Origin: a virus
Direction: 5' to 3' (one strand)
Length of the DNA: 64,000 bases
IMG/VR virus record: IMGVR_UViG_3300022902_000004
Location: 254,268 to 318,267 of that record
Positions 26,982-36,095 of the stretch are shown here, piece after piece. Position numbers and translations under genes: made by a program. Position 1 is the stretch's first letter, and each line of letters begins with the position of its first letter. The notes beneath the pieces are model-generated. The model was not told the DNA's origin, ran no database searches, and worked only from the letters and a program-made list of their open reading frames with translations.

Positions 26982-27253
26982 TCGGTCCCACCTGCAAGTT
27001 CAAGGTCACCGCCGTATATCGATCTCAGTTCGCCGTTGCACAACACAAGAACCAGACCGGGATTGTGATTATGCGCCGGCGCTATCGTCTCTGTGACAAG
27101 CAATGTCTCTCCGGTATGGACGATCTTTGATGTACAGGAATCCCCGGCGGTGGTATGCGGGTATTCGTCGCATGCGGAGGGCACGAAGCATCCTGGAGGA
27201 TAAGCATGGAGCGTTTTGCCGGGCGAAACCCCGAATATGTTGCCGATCTTCAT
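26978..27253 (-). CDS. hypothetical protein
   Basis: Trimmed to MKIGNIFGV with a GGAGGA RBS. Confidence 0.5.
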   Translation of the reverse strand: MKIGNIFGVSPGKTLHAYPPGCFVPSACDEYPHTTAGDSCTSKIVHTGETLLVTETIAPAHNHNPGLVLVLCNGELRSIYGGDLELAGGTE

Positions 27254-27309
27254 AAATCCTCCGCTCACTTATATTATATCATGACCAGACGGGTTTTACA
27301 CGTGCGAGG

Positions 27310-27657
27310 CTACATTCGCCAGTCGGGATAGAAGTGATCCAAGGCGGTCCTGATGTGGAAGTCGAATCCGGTGATGACACCTTGGTCATGACCCACAATG
27401 GTACCAACAAATCGACCAGGCGTCGACTCGTGTGGCTCCTTGGTCACCTCGACCTTGACAACCGGCTCGTCATCTCCAAGTTGCCAGGCACCAGGCGCAA
27501 TGTCTTTGTATTTCAACGAGGCATATTTGCTATCTTTGCCTTGTGTGATGTCAAGCTTGGCGTCTTTGTGGTTCGCTGCGTGCTGAGGGAGAACCTCGTC
27601 AAGTTGTTTCTTAGTGATGTAGATGGGAAGGGTTAGTGTCGTCATGATGTGCTCCAT
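27310..27657 (-). CDS. hypothetical protein (115 aa)
   Basis: Downstream of a promoter cassette (27255-27300). Confidence 0.5.
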   Translation of the reverse strand: MEHIMTTLTLPIYITKKQLDEVLPQHAANHKDAKLDITQGKDSKYASLKYKDIAPGAWQLGDDEPVVKVEVTKEPHESTPGRFVGTIVGHDQGVITGFDFHIRTALDHFYPDWRM

Positions 27658-27672
27658 TGTATGTTATAAATA

Positions 27673-27921
27673 TCATGCCATCTTCCAGACACGCTTGGCT
27701 GCTGCAAAATCTCTGACTGATTGCCCATCATACATGGCCTTATTACCTGAAGCATGCAACACATAAATCAGCCACTGTTTGGCAATCCCGCCCTCTTTCA
27801 CATCTGTAATCAAGGCCGGCCCGTTCATGAAAAACCAAATTTCGCCTTTCGCAGGTATCGAGTAACTCACACGGTCAGGCGGACTACATTGTTGCGATGA
27901 TTTTGGGTCGAGCTTTTGCAT
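27673..27921 (-). CDS. hypothetical protein (82 aa)
   Basis: ORF in chain. Confidence 0.4.
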   Translation of the reverse strand: MQKLDPKSSQQCSPPDRVSYSIPAKGEIWFFMNGPALITDVKEGGIAKQWLIYVLHASGNKAMYDGQSVRDFAAAKRVWKMA

Positions 27922-28249
27922 CTGCCTTGGCCTTGGCTACCGCCAGGAGTTTGTTTAGCGCTCGCTTGGCATCACCCCAGGAACCATAAATGCCTCGAAT
28001 GATAAATTGCGATGGGTTATCACTGCATGGCATAAACTTCATGTGCACGTTGATTTCCTGGATGCCTGATGTCGAAGCTGTCTTGGCTTTTTTGTTGCCA
28101 ATCATTTCATATTCGTCGAACAGGACAAACGTCGCGAAGACCTCTTTTCCTAGTCCGAAACAAACAGGACAGTCAGCCTTTGGGTTCTTTCGTCGCTTGC
28201 ATGGCTTACAATCACTGCTCGTTCGTTCTGGTAGTATGCTGGTCTTCAT
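27884..28249 (-). CDS. hypothetical protein with N-terminal CxxC..CxxC zinc ribbon
   Basis: CKPCKRR ... CPVCFG. Confidence 0.45.
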   Translation of the reverse strand: MKTSILPERTSSDCKPCKRRKNPKADCPVCFGLGKEVFATFVLFDEYEMIGNKKAKTASTSGIQEINVHMKFMPCSDNPSQFIIRGIYGSWGDAKRALNKLLAVAKAKADAKARPKIIATM

Positions 28250-28318
28250 TGTGCTCCTGCCCTTTAGGGTTGCTGTGGAGCCATTGTATCAATGTCGTCC
28301 TGAATGTATTATTCTTTG

Positions 28319-28510
28319 TCAGAATCCCAAGGCTGCCCACCAAATTGAGACCTTTTCTCCAATAAGTGCAACGCCGGCCATGAACATGATGAAGCTCGCC
28401 AAGGAGACAAAAATGGCTGCACCTGCAAGCACAGAATAACACACAGTTTGAATCAGGTGCCAGATCACCAGGGCGATGAAGCTTGACAACTTTTTGATAC
28501 GATTCTTCAT
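28319..28510 (-). CDS. small membrane protein (2 TM)
   Basis: Trimmed to MKNRIKKLSSF. Begins 2 nt after the denV stop. Confidence 0.45.
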   Translation of the reverse strand: MKNRIKKLSSFIALVIWHLIQTVCYSVLAGAAIFVSLASFIMFMAGVALIGEKVSIWWAALGF

Positions 28511-28511
28511 G

Positions 28512-28889
28512 TTATTTGTCTTCTCTGGAGTGGATCGACAACCGCTCAGCAATTCGTGCCAACAAAAGCATTCTGTCATGTTGCGTTGGGGAGTAATCGC
28601 CCATTAGCTCTTCTGGGACACCAGCCCATGCACCGCCGTAATACGTTACGTTGTATCCACAATTGATACACTCTTCGTATACTGATTCATATCGCTTTTT
28701 GAGATACCCGAGCCGTGTATAGAAAAACTTGACATGTCCGGCGCCGAGCTTGAATTCTGCAGGCTGGCCTTTAAGGTTGAATTTTCCGCTCACGATGCAA
28801 TTGGGAATTCGCTTCATTTCTCGATGTTCAGCCAGCAAATGCTGCCGCGACAATTCATGGGGCGGAATGCCAACATTAATACGCGTCAT
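28512..28889 (-). CDS. denV: pyrimidine-dimer DNA glycosylase (T4 endonuclease V-like)
   Basis: MTRINVGIPPHELSRQHLLAEHREMKRIP ... GAGHVKFFY matches the T4 DenV N-terminus and core. AAGGAG RBS. Confidence 0.85.
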   Translation of the reverse strand: MTRINVGIPPHELSRQHLLAEHREMKRIPNCIVSGKFNLKGQPAEFKLGAGHVKFFYTRLGYLKKRYESVYEECINCGYNVTYYGGAWAGVPEELMGDYSPTQHDRMLLLARIAERLSIHSREDK

Positions 28890-28899
28890 GATTATCTCC

Positions 28900-29514
28900 T
28901 TATTCGAACTCGTTGTCCAACGTTCCGCAGTGGATTCGAGTGTGGCATGAACTGCACACTGTCACCAGGTTTTCTACCGTGTTGTTCTTCTTGTTCATGT
29001 CTATATGGTGTACGAACAAAAGGAACTTCGAGCCATCATGGGAACACTTCCTACATTTGTGCCCATCACGACGTTTCACCGTGGTCCTGAGCGTAGTCGT
29101 GAACTCGAAGTCATAATCGGCAGCCCCTTCCTTTTCCCACGACCTGCCGTCAATCCAATGGCTGTTCTTTGGGCCCGAGACTCCTCGACCGATGGCTGCC
29201 CGATGTTCTGCGGTTAGCGGTATTCCTTTTTTCGCTTTACTCAGTTTACGCCTGGTCTCTTCCGAAACAGTTTTACCTAGGTGTGCTGCTGCAATGGCTT
29301 TTGACGCGCATTCAGGCGTGCAGCATTTGTTTTGACGCAGTTTGTCAGAACGCCTAACTTCGAACCCCTCTTTGCACCACACGCATATTTTCGTTGAGAC
29401 CTTTCCTTTCTTGTCTTTTGCGCCCCATCTTTTCAGGTTTGCACAAGTTTTAGAACAAAACCGACGTCCTTTGTTTACCACCTCAATGTTGCATCCAATA
29501 AATTCGCACTTCAT
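28900..29514 (-). CDS. HNH homing endonuclease with NUMOD3-like repeats
   Basis: C-terminal HHIDMNKKNNTVENLVTVCSSCHTRIH. Repeats ETRRKLSKAKKG and EHRAAIGRG. GGAGGA RBS. Confidence 0.8.
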   Translation of the reverse strand: MKCEFIGCNIEVVNKGRRFCSKTCANLKRWGAKDKKGKVSTKICVWCKEGFEVRRSDKLRQNKCCTPECASKAIAAAHLGKTVSEETRRKLSKAKKGIPLTAEHRAAIGRGVSGPKNSHWIDGRSWEKEGAADYDFEFTTTLRTTVKRRDGHKCRKCSHDGSKFLLFVHHIDMNKKNNTVENLVTVCSSCHTRIHCGTLDNEFE

Positions 29515-29572
29515 AATAGTCCTCCGACATATAAGTATCGACGGCTATAGTTTAGTGACTAATTTATTTCGA

Positions 29573-30907
29573 CTAGGCAGCATTGACCTGCGTTTTAGGC
29601 CAGCGCATCTGCGCGATTGCATCCCGGCTGTCCTTTTCGAACATCAACTTACGGTCTGGAACAATCATCCAGAGTCGCTTCATAGGTGAAGAGGAAGGCT
29701 TACCAGCTTCTCCATCTGTGATCAAAATGCAGCCGTCAAACTTTGCCTTGTTCGCATTTGCATGTTTGGTAACACACTCGAAATCAGTGCCACCACAGCG
29801 GGTTCGCATAGCCGGGTGACTCTGACCACGCTTCCAAGTGAAGGAGTTCTCAGTATCGACGCTGGTGTCGAAGTGGTATACCGTGAACTCAGTACGACGA
29901 GCCAAACCTTGCAGTTCGCCGTAAATCAAGGACAATGCCCGCTCACAAACCGAACCACTTTGGTCGATGTAAATGGCAACCGAGCTGGTGTACCCACGCT
30001 TTGCACCAGTCGCCAACGGCCCGAAGTCCGGATGAATCATTGTGGTGTTCAAGTGGCTCCACGTCGTAGCGCGAGTGCCTCGACGTGAGAATCCACAGAA
30101 GTTCTTCATGACTCCTTTCCAGTCAACCAAGCGTGAGGTGAGTTCACGGATTCGATTCCGCATCTCAGAACTGACTGTTCCCCACTGGCCACGACGGTCA
30201 GAAGAAGCAGTCGCGTCAGCCACTGCCTTTTGAACCTTGCCTTTGATGAGTGCCTTATCCTCAGCACTCAAAGTGTCCCACAGATCATGAAAGTCCATAC
30301 CCTGAAACCCTAGGCCTTGAAGTCGGGCAGCATTGTTCTCCATAATTTTGACGAAGTACCACTCCGAAGACTTATGCTTCGGGAAGGTTCGAATCAGGGC
30401 GCCAAGCGGAGTCTTTGCGAACTCATCGCTACACGTGCCAGGAATCATGCCACCTTCAGGAAGCTCGATTTCAGGAATATCGGAGTTGATTGCCAAGTCC
30501 TGGGCGATGTTCGAAATCGCATGCGGGTCATGACGCCGAGAAGTACAATGATTGAAAGCCAAGTGGTAACACTCGTGCTTCAGAAGACCGCGAATCTGGG
30601 CATTGGTCAAGGCACTAACGAAGCCGGCATTGATGAGCATGTGAATGTCGCCATTCTTGACCATCACGCCAGCCGTCGGGACCAACTCACTAAACTCGAC
30701 GTTGACAATCCGCATGATACCTGCAAACCATGGCTCGTCGAAAAGCATTTGGGTCAGATAAGGACTCAAGTCCTTCATGTTTTTGATTCGAAGTTCGACA
30801 GCACCTTTCAGCTCTTCAGGCGTCGTAATCGAAATTGCGGAGTCTTTAGAGATTGAGATTGAAGAACCCTCAGGTCCCACCGTGTGTACTTTCGTCATGG
30901 TCATCAT
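29573..30907 (-). CDS. HExxH metallopeptidase-like plus VWA (MIDAS) domain protein; partner of the MoxR-like ATPase
   Basis: HECYHL motif; C-terminal IYIDQSGSV ... GGTDF ... ILITDGEAG. Confidence 0.75.
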   Translation of the reverse strand: MMTMTKVHTVGPEGSSISISKDSAISITTPEELKGAVELRIKNMKDLSPYLTQMLFDEPWFAGIMRIVNVEFSELVPTAGVMVKNGDIHMLINAGFVSALTNAQIRGLLKHECYHLAFNHCTSRRHDPHAISNIAQDLAINSDIPEIELPEGGMIPGTCSDEFAKTPLGALIRTFPKHKSSEWYFVKIMENNAARLQGLGFQGMDFHDLWDTLSAEDKALIKGKVQKAVADATASSDRRGQWGTVSSEMRNRIRELTSRLVDWKGVMKNFCGFSRRGTRATTWSHLNTTMIHPDFGPLATGAKRGYTSSVAIYIDQSGSVCERALSLIYGELQGLARRTEFTVYHFDTSVDTENSFTWKRGQSHPAMRTRCGGTDFECVTKHANANKAKFDGCILITDGEAGKPSSSPMKRLWMIVPDRKLMFEKDSRDAIAQMRWPKTQVNAA

Positions 30908-30965
30908 GTTCGTTTCCTCTTTCCCATCCCGGGAACATATACATTATACCACGAAATGATGACTC

Positions 30966-31424
30966 TTACACGTTACCGAACATTTCTTTGTTGATCAGGC
31001 GACGGGCGTAACTAAGGCCATCGATTTTAGCCGACACCATGGCTGCCCGTTGGAGTTCTGCGGCGGCAACCTCAAGGCTCACGCTTGGGTTCTGGCCGGC
31101 CGCAGCATGTTGTCCTTGTGTCTCAGACAATCGCATACCCTCAGCGAACAAGGCGTTGTCAACGAGGCCAAGATGGGCGTCAGCTTCCATACTCAGCCCA
31201 GCTTTGGTTCGCATGTAGTGTGGGTGGTCGGTAACCTTTTCGATGGTCTCAAGCCAAGCCTCCTTAGCATCAACGACCTTGCCGTGCGGTCCTAGGCTTC
31301 GCTGCCCGCCTGGACCATATTCGTTGGTATAGTGTTCCAATGCGAACTTCAGGTCATCGAGCATCTGGCCGGTAACCGTGATGGTGTATTCAGTATCAAG
31401 ATTCTGTGGTTTCTTGCAGGGCAT
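30966..31424 (-). CDS. hypothetical protein
   Basis: Trimmed to MPCKKPQNLD with an AAGGAG RBS. Confidence 0.55.
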   Translation of the reverse strand: MPCKKPQNLDTEYTITVTGQMLDDLKFALEHYTNEYGPGGQRSLGPHGKVVDAKEAWLETIEKVTDHPHYMRTKAGLSMEADAHLGLVDNALFAEGMRLSETQGQHAAAGQNPSVSLEVAAAELQRAAMVSAKIDGLSYARRLINKEMFGNV

Positions 31425-31438
31425 GATATTCTCCTTGA

Positions 31439-31672
31439 TTACGAACATTTACGAATGGCAACGATTCGGTTGACCACATATTCATGGGGTTTAGCAAACC
31501 AGCCGTCACCGACCAAGCCGATGTGGTGTGTTGCCATCTTGGCATCGAAGTCCGAGACGAACTGAAAGGTCCACTCTGAATCCGGCTCCTGGGGTGTCAC
31601 GTCGCGGCCGATGAAAGCCTCAACAATCTCCTCGATTTCGCCGATTTTCGTCATGTCCATCATGTAAGCCAT
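31439..31672 (-). CDS. small paralog family B protein (SEWTFQFVSDFDAK)
   Basis: Family motif. Confidence 0.5.
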   Translation of the reverse strand: MAYMMDMTKIGEIEEIVEAFIGRDVTPQEPDSEWTFQFVSDFDAKMATHHIGLVGDGWFAKPHEYVVNRIVAIRKCS

Positions 31673-31817
31673 CTTGAACTCCTGTCTCCGTCCCTGCTCG
31701 GGTCACCCCCGAGCACATAAATATTATACCACGTTTTGAGGCATCTTACACGAAACGTAAGTGAAAGTTTCAATTACAAATTAAAGTTTCACTTTCACTT
31801 ACCATAGCGCCTAGGTA

Positions 31818-32078
31818 TCAAAACGTGTTATCAGGTGTCCGCATACTCTTGAGTGCGCGAGCAAGGGACGATCGTTGAACTGCCCAGTATTTAGCATCAT
31901 CGCCATCTGAGTAAAAATTCACATGTCCATCCTTCCAAACGTCTATGGAATCAAAGGCATTGGCATAAACACCTTCCACATGTAACGTTGTGACCTGGTC
32001 GTCAAAGCCGTGTACCATACTGATGATAGTGCAATCATTCATCACCACATTAATCATTCTGAGTTGAATGCTGGTCAT
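31818..32078 (-). CDS. MTPxQ-leader superfamily protein (MTSIQLRMINVVMNDC)
   Basis: Family D variant with DVW.DG motif. Confidence 0.5.
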   Translation of the reverse strand: MTSIQLRMINVVMNDCTIISMVHGFDDQVTTLHVEGVYANAFDSIDVWKDGHVNFYSDGDDAKYWAVQRSSLARALKSMRTPDNTF

Positions 32079-32362
32079 TTCATGCTCTCCGCATCGTGGG
32101 GCTTGACGCGTTCCCAGTCATCATATATCAATTTTGCAATGAGGTTGTGGTTTTGTAACCCGTAAGCGCTAATTGACGAGGAATGATATGCCTCTTGCAG
32201 GCTTGGTTTTCCGTCAAACCAAACATCAATCGCCACAAAGTCTTTCGTCTCTTCAACATCACATTCCAGCGTGATGCAACTCCATCCGGTGTCAAAAACA
32301 ATGTCGAGCACATTGCAGTGCTTCATAATCATGGTTGTGGTTAGGAGCTGCATTTCGTTCAT
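32075..32362 (-). CDS. MTPxQ-leader superfamily protein (MNEMQLLTTTMIMKHC)
   Basis: ATGA overlap. Confidence 0.5.
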   Translation of the reverse strand: MNEMQLLTTTMIMKHCNVLDIVFDTGWSCITLECDVEETKDFVAIDVWFDGKPSLQEAYHSSSISAYGLQNHNLIAKLIYDDWERVKPHDAESMK

Positions 32363-32601
32363 CTGTCATTCCATTCTTGCCAAATCATGATGGGCAGCCC
32401 GGCCGGGACATCTTGCGATTTATTGCCCTTCCAAAATGTAGGTTCACCGTCGGTCCAAACATCGATGGCATCAAAGGAGTTACCAATTGGATCAATACAC
32501 CACAAAGTCACACAGTCACCGGCCTCTGGGTGATCATCGATTTGCGTGATGCTCACGTAACCCATAATGTCTGTCACGGTTGCCAGTTGGTCTCGTGTCA
32601 T
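32359..32601 (-). CDS. MTPxQ-leader superfamily protein (MTRDQLATVTDIMGYV)
   Basis: Trimmed; AAAGGGG RBS. Confidence 0.5.
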   Translation of the reverse strand: MTRDQLATVTDIMGYVSITQIDDHPEAGDCVTLWCIDPIGNSFDAIDVWTDGEPTFWKGNKSQDVPAGLPIMIWQEWNDR

Positions 32602-32683
32602 GAGAACCCCTTTGTTATGGTCACCGGCATACCCGGCAACATAAACATTATACCACGATTTTCTGACTCTTACACGAGTCGAA

Positions 32684-32938
32684 TCATTTCTTCTTTGGAG
32701 GCTCTTTCTCCCAGGACAACTCAGCCTGCGGACCGTCACCACGATCAGCCCAGCCCATGCATTTCTCAACCAGGTCGAAACCGTTCTTGTACTCAACAAT
32801 CACACGGTACGCCTTGGACCACTCCTCGGGATATTCCTCCGCATCACGAAGGGCATTAGCCTCTTTCTTACCACGAGCACGAATGTTGTAGAGCGCGTGG
32901 TCGACGAGGTTGTGACATACGAAATAGCTGAGTTTCAT
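32684..32938 (-). CDS. hypothetical protein (84 aa)
   Basis: Between two promoter cassettes. Confidence 0.5.
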   Translation of the reverse strand: MKLSYFVCHNLVDHALYNIRARGKKEANALRDAEEYPEEWSKAYRVIVEYKNGFDLVEKCMGWADRGDGPQAELSWEKEPPKKK

Positions 32939-33005
32939 GTTCAGTCCTGCAATTCATGGAAGGCAGCGTGCCTTACAAATATATTATACCATGTCTGGAG
33001 ACGTT

Positions 33006-33236
33006 TTACACGAGTTCTAAATCTACAACGATGAACCCTTGCTCTTTCCCGTTCGGCAACCTGCAAACCGCTGTCACAGGAAATTCAACCCCATTGTGTT
33101 CCCATGCAACTCGTTGAACAATCATGACTTTTCCAAGCACAGCTTTTGAATAATGCCGATGATCAAAGAATCCTTTCAATTTGACCTTATCACCTGCCTT
33201 GAACTTGTTTCGATTGTTGGGCTTTGGGCACATCAT
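33006..33236 (-). CDS. small beta-barrel-like protein (family A-like, KAGDKVKLKG)
   Basis: 76 aa. Confidence 0.45.
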   Translation of the reverse strand: MMCPKPNNRNKFKAGDKVKLKGFFDHRHYSKAVLGKVMIVQRVAWEHNGVEFPVTAVCRLPNGKEQGFIVVDLELV

Positions 33237-33427
33237 TTCACCTCACACGATTTTAGGATAGCACCTGCTTGAATACGACCAATCGGGCTGACCAAGTCAT
33301 CAGCCGGGTCTTCAACCCATCGAACAACAGACCATCCATCATCTGAGACCTTTATCACCTCCGCAATATCAGATTCATCCGAACCATCCGGCCATACCGG
33401 GTAAACTTGGTCACCTACGCTCCACAT
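33233..33427 (-). CDS. small beta-barrel-like protein (family A-like, VGDQVY)
   Basis: 64 aa; ATGA overlap. Confidence 0.45.
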   Translation of the reverse strand: MWSVGDQVYPVWPDGSDESDIAEVIKVSDDGWSVVRWVEDPADDLVSPIGRIQAGAILKSCEVK

Positions 33428-33446
33428 TGTATTGCCTGGGTTCGGG

Positions 33447-33857
33447 CTAAATTGTCATATCGATCTTGATGTAGTTGTTGGGAATGACGTGTTTGAGAAG
33501 CGTCCGGCAAGGCTCAGGGATCGCCCTGGCCACATGAGACGTTATCGGCAGTTCAAATTCCATTCCCGGGTACGGCTTGCATTTGTGTGTATCCAGTAGC
33601 TCACTGGCAATTGAACGTACCATACCATCCGGATCCGATTCGGCAATCGTTGTCATCATTGCTCTGATATCAATATCATTCATGAATTTTGCCATTCCAT
33701 ATAACGCCCCTTCTCGAACATATGATTTCTCATGGTGCAACGCTGGGCAACATATCTTCAACATGTATTCTTTACTTACCTTTGCCGATTCCTCTGCCTC
33801 AAATGATAGAGCGACCGGATTCGCGAAGATGGCTGTAAGATCCTTTGTTTCTTTCAT
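33447..33857 (-). CDS. hypothetical helical-repeat protein
   Basis: Trimmed to MKETKDLTAIF; ATGA overlap. Confidence 0.5.
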   Translation of the reverse strand: MKETKDLTAIFANPVALSFEAEESAKVSKEYMLKICCPALHHEKSYVREGALYGMAKFMNDIDIRAMMTTIAESDPDGMVRSIASELLDTHKCKPYPGMEFELPITSHVARAIPEPCRTLLKHVIPNNYIKIDMTI

Positions 33858-34600
33858 GGGTTCACCTCGATACAAAATCCTGGGTCATGTGCAGCAATCG
33901 CTAGGTCTTCATACCCGACGTATCCTCGAGGGTTCGAAACAATACGAGTCTCGCCAAGCATGTAATCGTTATGAGTATGCGTATGCCCATGAATCCATGC
34001 AGCAGGCGCTTTGTCCAAAATCAACCCAGACATGTCACAAACATAAAACATATTCTGCCACGACATTGGCCCGGACTTGTAGTCAGGATGGATGCTCAAA
34101 TCGCATGGAAGGTGATGTGTTACAACGACATCACCTTTCTTAACTTCATTCCTCAGGTACCCTCGAGTCGTGCTGTTTGCCTTGTAGATCCAATGGGATG
34201 CGCCTTTGATACGCTTAAAATCTGACCATGCTCTTTCGTACAATTGTGCCAAGCCGTCGCCCTTAAACCACATTGTGTTGCCAAGGAACCTAATGCCATC
34301 GATTTCGACGGCTGAATCAAGCAACCAATGAAAGTTTGAAAACTTTGCAGCCAGTTCTTCCATCGCAGCCTTGACAACATGGTACCCTTTTGCACCCCAG
34401 TATTCGTGGTTGCCTGTGACGTAGACGACGTGCGGAAACTTTTCACATGCAAATGCCAGGTTCTCGGTCAAGTAACCTGCTGTTCCCAGGTCACCGGCGA
34501 TGACGAGCACATCCCCATTCACTGGAATGTTTTTCCAGAATGCCTTGCCTCTGTCTGGGTGAAATTCAGTGTGCACGTCACTGATGATTTGAATCTTCAT
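33854..34600 (-). CDS. calcineurin-like metallophosphoesterase
   Basis: ISDVHTEF ... GDLG ... GNHE ... GHTH motifs. Trimmed to MKIQIISDVH. Confidence 0.75.
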   Translation of the reverse strand: MKIQIISDVHTEFHPDRGKAFWKNIPVNGDVLVIAGDLGTAGYLTENLAFACEKFPHVVYVTGNHEYWGAKGYHVVKAAMEELAAKFSNFHWLLDSAVEIDGIRFLGNTMWFKGDGLAQLYERAWSDFKRIKGASHWIYKANSTTRGYLRNEVKKGDVVVTHHLPCDLSIHPDYKSGPMSWQNMFYVCDMSGLILDKAPAAWIHGHTHTHNDYMLGETRIVSNPRGYVGYEDLAIAAHDPGFCIEVNP

Positions 34601-34660
34601 TTGTCTTCCTTCCATGGTCGTCCCGACCAATACGTTTATTATACCACAAATTCGTGTTTC

Positions 34661-35089
34661 TTACACGAGGGCAAAGTAAATCGAAGGAAGTAGGAACAAT
34701 ATGTGAATGAGCTGATCAATTGTAATGAAGAGAATTAGGTCCAACGGCCGACTAAATCCAGCCTTGAATGCCTTGATTCCATCCAAGCGCACCATTGGCA
34801 TCTTACGCACATATTTTGCCCAGAGATAGACAGGAATGTACGTGTCCTCAACAAAATGGGATGTGAATAGAATCAAAAAGCTGGCAACCAGCTCCGGAAC
34901 ACTCAACTCCATGAGCGCCAACAACGGCATGAAACCGGTGGCATAAATCAGGCAATGACGAGCCCGCCACTTCCAATCTGATGATTTCTTCATGGCTTCA
35001 TTGTGTGTCTGGAAAACCCAGTCTACAACGAAGTGATTGAATACGAGCAATGAAAACAGTGAGCCGGCAGCAATGAGTGTTTCAAGCAT
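34661..35089 (-). CDS. integral membrane protein (4 TM)
   Basis: Multiple hydrophobic helices. Confidence 0.55.
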   Translation of the reverse strand: MLETLIAAGSLFSLLVFNHFVVDWVFQTHNEAMKKSSDWKWRARHCLIYATGFMPLLALMELSVPELVASFLILFTSHFVEDTYIPVYLWAKYVRKMPMVRLDGIKAFKAGFSRPLDLILFITIDQLIHILFLLPSIYFALV

Positions 35090-35098
35090 TGTATGTCC

Positions 35099-35329
35099 TT
35101 ATGGTTTGCATTTGCAATTGTTACAATTTCCACATAAATCAGTATGATGGCGTTCCATATCGTGACAACGATGATTTGGGCCGTACGGCTCATATCGCGG
35201 AGGCTTATTCGGTTCAAGCACCGTCTTCACACCTGCCAAGACAACCAGCGCGGTGGCTACCACAGCAACCTGCACTTTCAATTGAATGTTCCGTATTAGT
35301 TTTCTCATTTGTTTCCTTATTACCATCAT
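35099..35329 (-). CDS. secreted/membrane-anchored Cys-rich small protein
   Basis: N-terminal TM/signal plus CGNCNNCKC. Confidence 0.45.
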   Translation of the reverse strand: MMVIRKQMRKLIRNIQLKVQVAVVATALVVLAGVKTVLEPNKPPRYEPYGPNHRCHDMERHHTDLCGNCNNCKCKP

Positions 35330-35357
35330 GACTGATTATAACACATTTCGTGCAGGA

Positions 35358-36095
35358 TTACACAGAGGAACCAAGAAACCTGAGCACACCCGATTTTATT
35401 GATGCAACGGATGAATCGAACGCCGCCTCAGACGCGTCGATGTAGAAAAAGTTCTCTTTGAACAGTTTTTCGTATGCCTCTCTGTTCCTTTCAACAGCTT
35501 TCCAAGACCGAATGACGTCCTCTTCATCCACACCTCGGCCACCTTGGGCAGCTCGGTTCACGTTCCTGGCCAACGACACTTCCAATGGAACATCGACATA
35601 AATCATGCCGACTTCATATCCAGCATTAGCAAACTCTTTGAACTGTTTTGAAATCTCTCTGTAGTTGCCACCGGTACCGTCAATCAAAACATTATCGCCG
35701 GTGCCCATGAGTGACTTTTTTAGGTGCTTGGCTGCATTGCGTGCCCGGGAGAACAGCGTCATATTCTGACTGAAGATGGCCCTGAGTCGACGGTATTCTG
35801 GCTCTGCATCGGACATTGCCTGTTCGTCACCAACTCCCTGGGCTTCCAAGAATGTTGCCTTGGCCAATTTGTATTCTTCAAGTAAGTCCTTTCTATCAAG
35901 CGGGATACCTGCCTTCTTGAGCGCCGCCTCATAATCGTCGTCCGGGTTGACTACAGTTAGCTGGCTTCCAATACCAAGTTTTCTAATTGCTGTTGATTTT
36001 CCAGATGCAGGTCCGCCGGCCATGAAAATAGCAGAAGGTTTGGCTTGGAGTGCCTCCCGGAGAACCCGTCGAATATATTGTCGTAGCATTTTCAT
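35358..36095 (-). CDS. P-loop nucleoside/polynucleotide kinase-like protein with CTS-like leader
   Basis: AIFMAGGPASGKSTAIRKLG Walker A; N-terminal MKMLRQYIRRVLRE. Confidence 0.65.
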   Translation of the reverse strand: MKMLRQYIRRVLREALQAKPSAIFMAGGPASGKSTAIRKLGIGSQLTVVNPDDDYEAALKKAGIPLDRKDLLEEYKLAKATFLEAQGVGDEQAMSDAEPEYRRLRAIFSQNMTLFSRARNAAKHLKKSLMGTGDNVLIDGTGGNYREISKQFKEFANAGYEVGMIYVDVPLEVSLARNVNRAAQGGRGVDEEDVIRSWKAVERNREAYEKLFKENFFYIDASEAAFDSSVASIKSGVLRFLGSSV

